Assembly: GCA_963674755.2 (NCBI GenBank)
Contig: CAXXVS010000002.1
Span: 2,304,001-2,368,000, forward strand
Origin: Desulfobacterales bacterium
GTDB taxonomy: Bacteria > Desulfobacterota > Desulfobacteria > Desulfobacterales > UBA5852
Length of the DNA stretch: 64,000 nt
Direction of reading: 5' to 3'
Positions 60,172-64,000 of this stretch are shown piece after piece (position 1 is the stretch's first letter; each line of letters begins with the position of its first letter). Both the position numbers and the translations under genes were made by a program. A model generated the notes under the pieces. That model had not been told where the DNA came from and ran no database searches. It saw nothing but the letters and a program-made list of their open reading frames with translations.

Positions 60172-60318
60172 GGCGGCGCCCTCCTTTAGCAGAGGGTCTT
60201 ACCACCAATTACACCACCGGGGTGGTACACTTTTCATTCCCATTATTGGTACACTTTAGCATTCCCGCCGACATCTATTTCGGATTTAGACAATCTATCT
60301 ATTAATGGACCGGAAAAC

Positions 60319-60380
60319 ACAGAACAAGGGCATTAAGAGCGACGGCAAAAAGCCGCCGCGCTTTATGCCCGGCGTTATAT
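60319..60380 (+). other. attC site B
   Basis: R'' ACAGAAC ... R' GTTATAT. Confidence 0.87.
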
Positions 60381-60399
60381 GTGCATGGAAAAGACAAGC

Positions 60400-61203
60400 A
60401 TGAAAAAATATCTAATTATCACAGCCATATTGTTATCAATAATAATTATTGGAACATCAGGGTGCAGTGTTATTAGAAGTGCTCGGATAATCGCCCCTTC
60501 GTTATTTGGCACAACCGAAATAAAAGAAGGGATTTATTTAGATGAAGATGCAACTGAAAACCAAAAAAATGAATTATACTCATCTGTTAATACAGCCAAG
60601 GAAAGGCTTGCTTATTTTTATGGAACGTTAAAAACAAAACCCAAAATTGTGGCGTGTGGCACAGAGGACTGTTACAGGAAGTTTGGTGGGGTTTCAGCCA
60701 AAGGAAAAAATTATGGCAGTGTAGCCATATTATTATCACCAAGAGGAATCAATCCAGAAATAATATCACACGAATGGTCTCACCGTGAATTATTTGAAAG
60801 ACTGGGATTTTTCAAAAGCAGGAAAATAGCATATTGGTTTGATGAAGGTTTAGCTGTTTATATCAGTAAAGATGAAGTCTATTCGCATGAAAAGTGGTTA
60901 AAAGCAACGGAAAAAACAAATAAGACACTTGGATTGGATGATATAGATACATTACAAAAGTGGTTGAAGGCAAATCGGGAAGAAGAACACATAATGTCTT
61001 ATGGCGCTGCACGGGAAGAAGTAGCCCGGTGGCTTGAAAGAGCCGGAGTTGATGGTCTAAAAGAGCTTTTAAATAGATTAAGCAAAGGCGAAGACTTTTA
61101 TTCCGCCTATTTTTCAATAGCAAAGATAAACTCAACATTTCTGGAAAGAATAACATATAACAAGGATAATGCAGCGGACGCCAAAAACCGCGCCGCTGAT
61201 TAG
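60400..61203 (+). CDS. Cassette: lipoprotein, peptidase MA-like zinc metallopeptidase
   Basis: Lipobox-like TSGC, HEWSH (HEXXH), WFDEGLA. Confidence 0.8.
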   Translation: MKKYLIITAILLSIIIIGTSGCSVIRSARIIAPSLFGTTEIKEGIYLDEDATENQKNELYSSVNTAKERLAYFYGTLKTKPKIVACGTEDCYRKFGGVSAKGKNYGSVAILLSPRGINPEIISHEWSHRELFERLGFFKSRKIAYWFDEGLAVYISKDEVYSHEKWLKATEKTNKTLGLDDIDTLQKWLKANREEEHIMSYGAAREEVARWLERAGVDGLKELLNRLSKGEDFYSAYFSIAKINSTFLERITYNKDNAADAKNRAAD

Positions 61204-61214
61204 CAACGTTAGAC
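61155..61214 (+). other. attC site C
   Basis: R'' ATATAAC ... R' GTTAGAC. Confidence 0.87.
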
Positions 61215-61390
61215 CCAAGGAAAGACGTAATAGCAATGCCAAAATTCGAACCAGACAACCAGCTTTCTGTAGAGATATATGAGGAGGCTAGTGTTTTTAT
61301 TATATTCTTACGATTTTGACCTTCACCCTGGCACCGTTAGTCACCCCAAACGTCTATATATCATCTCATCTATTGATAGGTAGGTATAGG

Positions 61391-61723
61391 ATGAAAAGGT
61401 ATATTTCAATAATTACCGGAGTATCATTTATCGCATTGGCAACTTCCGGTATGATGATGATATTCATAGGTGGTTTTGAGCTCATGCTCAGGATGCATCT
61501 GGTACATAACTTTTTTGGCATAGTTTTGTCCATCGCAGGAATATTTCACATCTATTATAATTTCAAGCCCATAAAAAAATATCTGAAGAATAGACGGATC
61601 GTAATTTTCACCGCTTTTCTCTCGGTTGTTCTCATATTCTTGTACGGTATTGGGTTATATGTGGATATTGATCTGGAAATGATCAATCAGATAGAAGCAA
61701 TACTTAAGAATCATATGCATTGA
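61391..61723 (+). CDS. DUF4405-like membrane protein
   Basis: TSG, two His in TM helices, HIYYNFK. Confidence 0.7.
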   Translation: MKRYISIITGVSFIALATSGMMMIFIGGFELMLRMHLVHNFFGIVLSIAGIFHIYYNFKPIKKYLKNRRIVIFTAFLSVVLIFLYGIGLYVDIDLEMINQIEAILKNHMH

Positions 61724-62060
61724 TACTGATTCTTTCTCCTTGCCAGAGAGATGATAGATGAGATGAAAATAATATGGTATACGACAAAAGCATTACTTTT
61801 ATTGGTTTTCATCATATTGATGATAGTATTTTTACAATACTGTAATCGCATGGAGTTCCGGGGACATGATACTTAATTCCAACCAGAAAATGCACTGGAT
61901 AAACCGGTGATTTTCATGTTATCATATCCCAAGCTAATCCATAACTCCTCTGGAACTGAGATACCTGCTATCACATCAGACCAACGCCACCCTAAAAACG
62001 TGAAGGCCAACCCCCAAACATATGAAGGTTGGCCTTTCGACTTAAGGCATAGCGCTCTTT

Positions 62061-62795
62061 TCACGCTGTCCAGTGGTCTGCGTGTCGGCGCTTGCCATAA
62101 ATATTCTCCCACACCCCCTCGTTTTTAGGGCGCACGAGCAGGACCGGCCGGTGCCCGATGAGACGCGGCCGGAGCCAGCGGTGGGTCAGCACCCGGTCTT
62201 CGGGAGCCGGCAGCTGGGCGTCGCGGTCTTCGGCCACGACTTCGATGTCCTGCCCCCGGATATCCGCCACCGTCATGACCTCCGGCGCGCCCCGCAGATC
62301 CCCGAGCTCGATATAGCGGCCCGCCCAGCCCGAGGCGGTCAGACCGACGGCCGCCGCCGCCCCGATGATGCCGTCGTTGGTACCCCCGTGCCCGGACAAG
62401 TGGGCCCCGTCCACCTGACGCAGGGCCTCCGCCTGGGAGGCCACCGCGTGGGTACAGCGGCGGCCGAAGGCCACCAGATCCGTCAGGGCCGCATGATCCT
62501 CCGCCACCACGCACAGACCGGGGTCGCTGCCGTCGGCGGCATGGGCTTCGATGTGCCGGACCGCTTGCTCCACCAGAGACGCCAGCAGATCCGGCGCCGC
62601 AACCTCCAGCACCATGCAGGCCGCGCTGTTGTGGGAGGTATAGGGAATGTCGTCGCACACCAGAAGCTGCTGCCGGACAACGCCTTGACAGCGGCAGCCT
62701 TCCGGAAGCATGGGTTGAAACCAGCGGGCCACTTTACCGGTGCCGTATTCCGAATCGCTCGCGTCCGTATCGTCAAATCCAACAAATACTCTCAT
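62061..62795 (-). CDS. TiaS N-terminal (TCKD)-like protein
   Basis: GFDDTD..GTG, RQQL, YTSHNS.AC, SDPGL, GG...GIIGA.AA. Confidence 0.75.
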   Translation of the reverse strand: MRVFVGFDDTDASDSEYGTGKVARWFQPMLPEGCRCQGVVRQQLLVCDDIPYTSHNSAACMVLEVAAPDLLASLVEQAVRHIEAHAADGSDPGLCVVAEDHAALTDLVAFGRRCTHAVASQAEALRQVDGAHLSGHGGTNDGIIGAAAAVGLTASGWAGRYIELGDLRGAPEVMTVADIRGQDIEVVAEDRDAQLPAPEDRVLTHRWLRPRLIGHRPVLLVRPKNEGVWENIYGKRRHADHWTA

Positions 62796-62799
62796 ACGC

Positions 62800-63822
62800 T
62801 CAAATCCAGGTGATGTGATCGATGCGGTAGCCGGCATCGAGGGGTTGGCCGGGGAAGAAACGACCGTCATGAAGCTGCTGCTCGGTCAGAGGGACGCTGA
62901 AGGCCAGATCGCCGGCCATGACGGTGGCGATAATCCTGCCCGTGCGGCGTTCCCGGCTGAGACGCCGGATGGTGCCCCTGACCGACTGATCCGCCGAACC
63001 CGTTTCGGCACCAGGCCCTGTGCCGTCCAGAAGGGAAAACCGGATAATGGCGGCGGCATCGGCATAGGGCGGTGGGGATACGGTCAGGCGTGCGCCCTCG
63101 GTCAGCTGTTTGCCATAGCGCCCATCGGCCATCGTTTTCCATGGGCCCAGGACAATGGTCTCGTGCCGTGTGCCGAGCACTTTCCCCCGGAACAGGTGCA
63201 GCACGTCGTCACAGACATCGTGGAGCCATTGCAGGTCGTGGCTGGCCACCACGATGGCGGTGCCCCATTCCTGTAGCGCCTGCAGGGCAGCATGCTGAAT
63301 CAATTGGGCGCTGGCGACATCCACGCTGGCAGTGGGTTCGTCCAGCAATAGCACTTTGGGTTTCAGCACCAGACGGGCTGCCAGGGCCACCCGCTGGGCC
63401 TCCCCGCCGGAAAGGGCATACCAGGGACGTGGGGCAAAACGGTCCGCGGGCAGCCCCACCAGGGCCAGCGCCTGATGCACCCGCTCGGCAATGCCGTTTT
63501 TTTCTCCGCGCAGCTTCAAGCCGTAGCTCACGTTGTTGAAAACGCTGCGCTTCATCAAAAAGGGCTCCTGGGGCAGAAGGGTTATCCGGAAGCGGGCCGC
63601 CTCGCAAAAAGGCGCGATGGGCTTTCCGTTATAGCGGATGTCTCCTTCCGTGGGGCGCTCGATGCTGCCCAGCATGCGCAGCAGGGTGCTCTTGCCGCTG
63701 CCGTTGGGGCCCACCAGCCCCGTGATGGCGCCTCCGGCGATGGTCAGCCGGTCGATATCCAGCACGAGCCTTTCAGCGTAGATGTGCTTCAGGGCGTGGA
63801 TTTCAAAAAGGGGGGCGGCCAT
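62800..63822 (-). CDS. tupC: Tungstate ABC transporter ATP-binding protein
   Basis: GPNGSGKS, LSGGEAQR, LLDEPTASVD; follows the TupB-like permease. Confidence 0.8.
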   Translation of the reverse strand: MAAPLFEIHALKHIYAERLVLDIDRLTIAGGAITGLVGPNGSGKSTLLRMLGSIERPTEGDIRYNGKPIAPFCEAARFRITLLPQEPFLMKRSVFNNVSYGLKLRGEKNGIAERVHQALALVGLPADRFAPRPWYALSGGEAQRVALAARLVLKPKVLLLDEPTASVDVASAQLIQHAALQALQEWGTAIVVASHDLQWLHDVCDDVLHLFRGKVLGTRHETIVLGPWKTMADGRYGKQLTEGARLTVSPPPYADAAAIIRFSLLDGTGPGAETGSADQSVRGTIRRLSRERRTGRIIATVMAGDLAFSVPLTEQQLHDGRFFPGQPLDAGYRIDHITWI

Positions 63823-63824
63823 GC

Positions 63825-64000
63825 TCAGGCCCGCCTTCTGAGAAAGGATACCGAGAGGTTGACCCCGAAAGCGATCACCAGAAGCACGAGGCCCAGGGCG
63901 ACCCCCATGCCGAACAGTCCCTTGTTGGTTTCCAGTGCGATGGCCGTGGTGATGGTGCGGGTATGCCACTTGATGTTGCCGCCCACCATCATGGAAATGC
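63825..64000 (-). CDS. tupB: Tungstate ABC transporter permease (3' part only)
   Basis: MMVGGNIKWHTRTITTAIALETNKG. Confidence 0.85.
   Translation of the reverse strand, partial: ISMMVGGNIKWHTRTITTAIALETNKGLFGMGVALGLVLLVIAFGVNLSVSFLRRRA

Larger units (their letters stand above)
58060..60273 (-). mobile_element. IS21-family insertion sequence
   Basis: TGT...ACA ends, repeated AAGTGTACCA motifs, 5-bp duplication TCTAT. Confidence 0.95.
57716..60336 (+). pseudogene. Cassette gene interrupted by IS21
   Basis: ...LTEIESI continues as SDLDNLSINGPENTEQGH* once the IS is removed. Confidence 0.75.
57245..61214 (+). mobile_element. Second cassette array lacking an integrase (CALIN, 3 attC)
   Basis: Three AT-rich ORFs, each bounded by matching GTT core and R''. 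Confidence 0.88.

Noticed and set aside
1..64000. tRNA or rRNA genes
   Set aside because: No cloverleaf or rRNA signature recognised; tRNAscan-SE would be decisive.

Overview
GC-rich bacterial backbone, with gene content suggesting Desulfobacterota/deltaproteobacteria (inference), interrupted by two AT-rich cassette regions. (1) A sedentary integron at ~14.8-36.5 kb on the minus strand. Its intI (35253-36482) is co-oriented with, and upstream of, attI and an array with 21 recognisable attC sites. Three group II intron derivatives sit in sense orientation just after the attC R' core: an ORF-less ~845 nt intron, a ~104 nt ends-only mini-element and an RT-containing remnant. The array also carries a frameshifted OLD-like ATPase-TOPRIM first cassette, a HEPN-motif cassette, and IS4, ISL3 and IS481-like insertions. 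(2) A second, integrase-less 3-cassette array at ~57.2-61.2 kb on the plus strand, with its own attI-like leader and IS200 and IS21 insertions. Elsewhere: a c-di-GMP-I riboswitch ahead of a secreted 5'-nucleotidase, IS630, an unannotated 31-aa ribosomal protein Thx, lgt, hldD, larE, a Mo-storage-like gene, tupBC with a TiaS-like gene, a histone-H1/E-K-repeat membrane protein and two dispersed MITE-like repeat families. All calls come from reading the sequence by eye; no searches were run.
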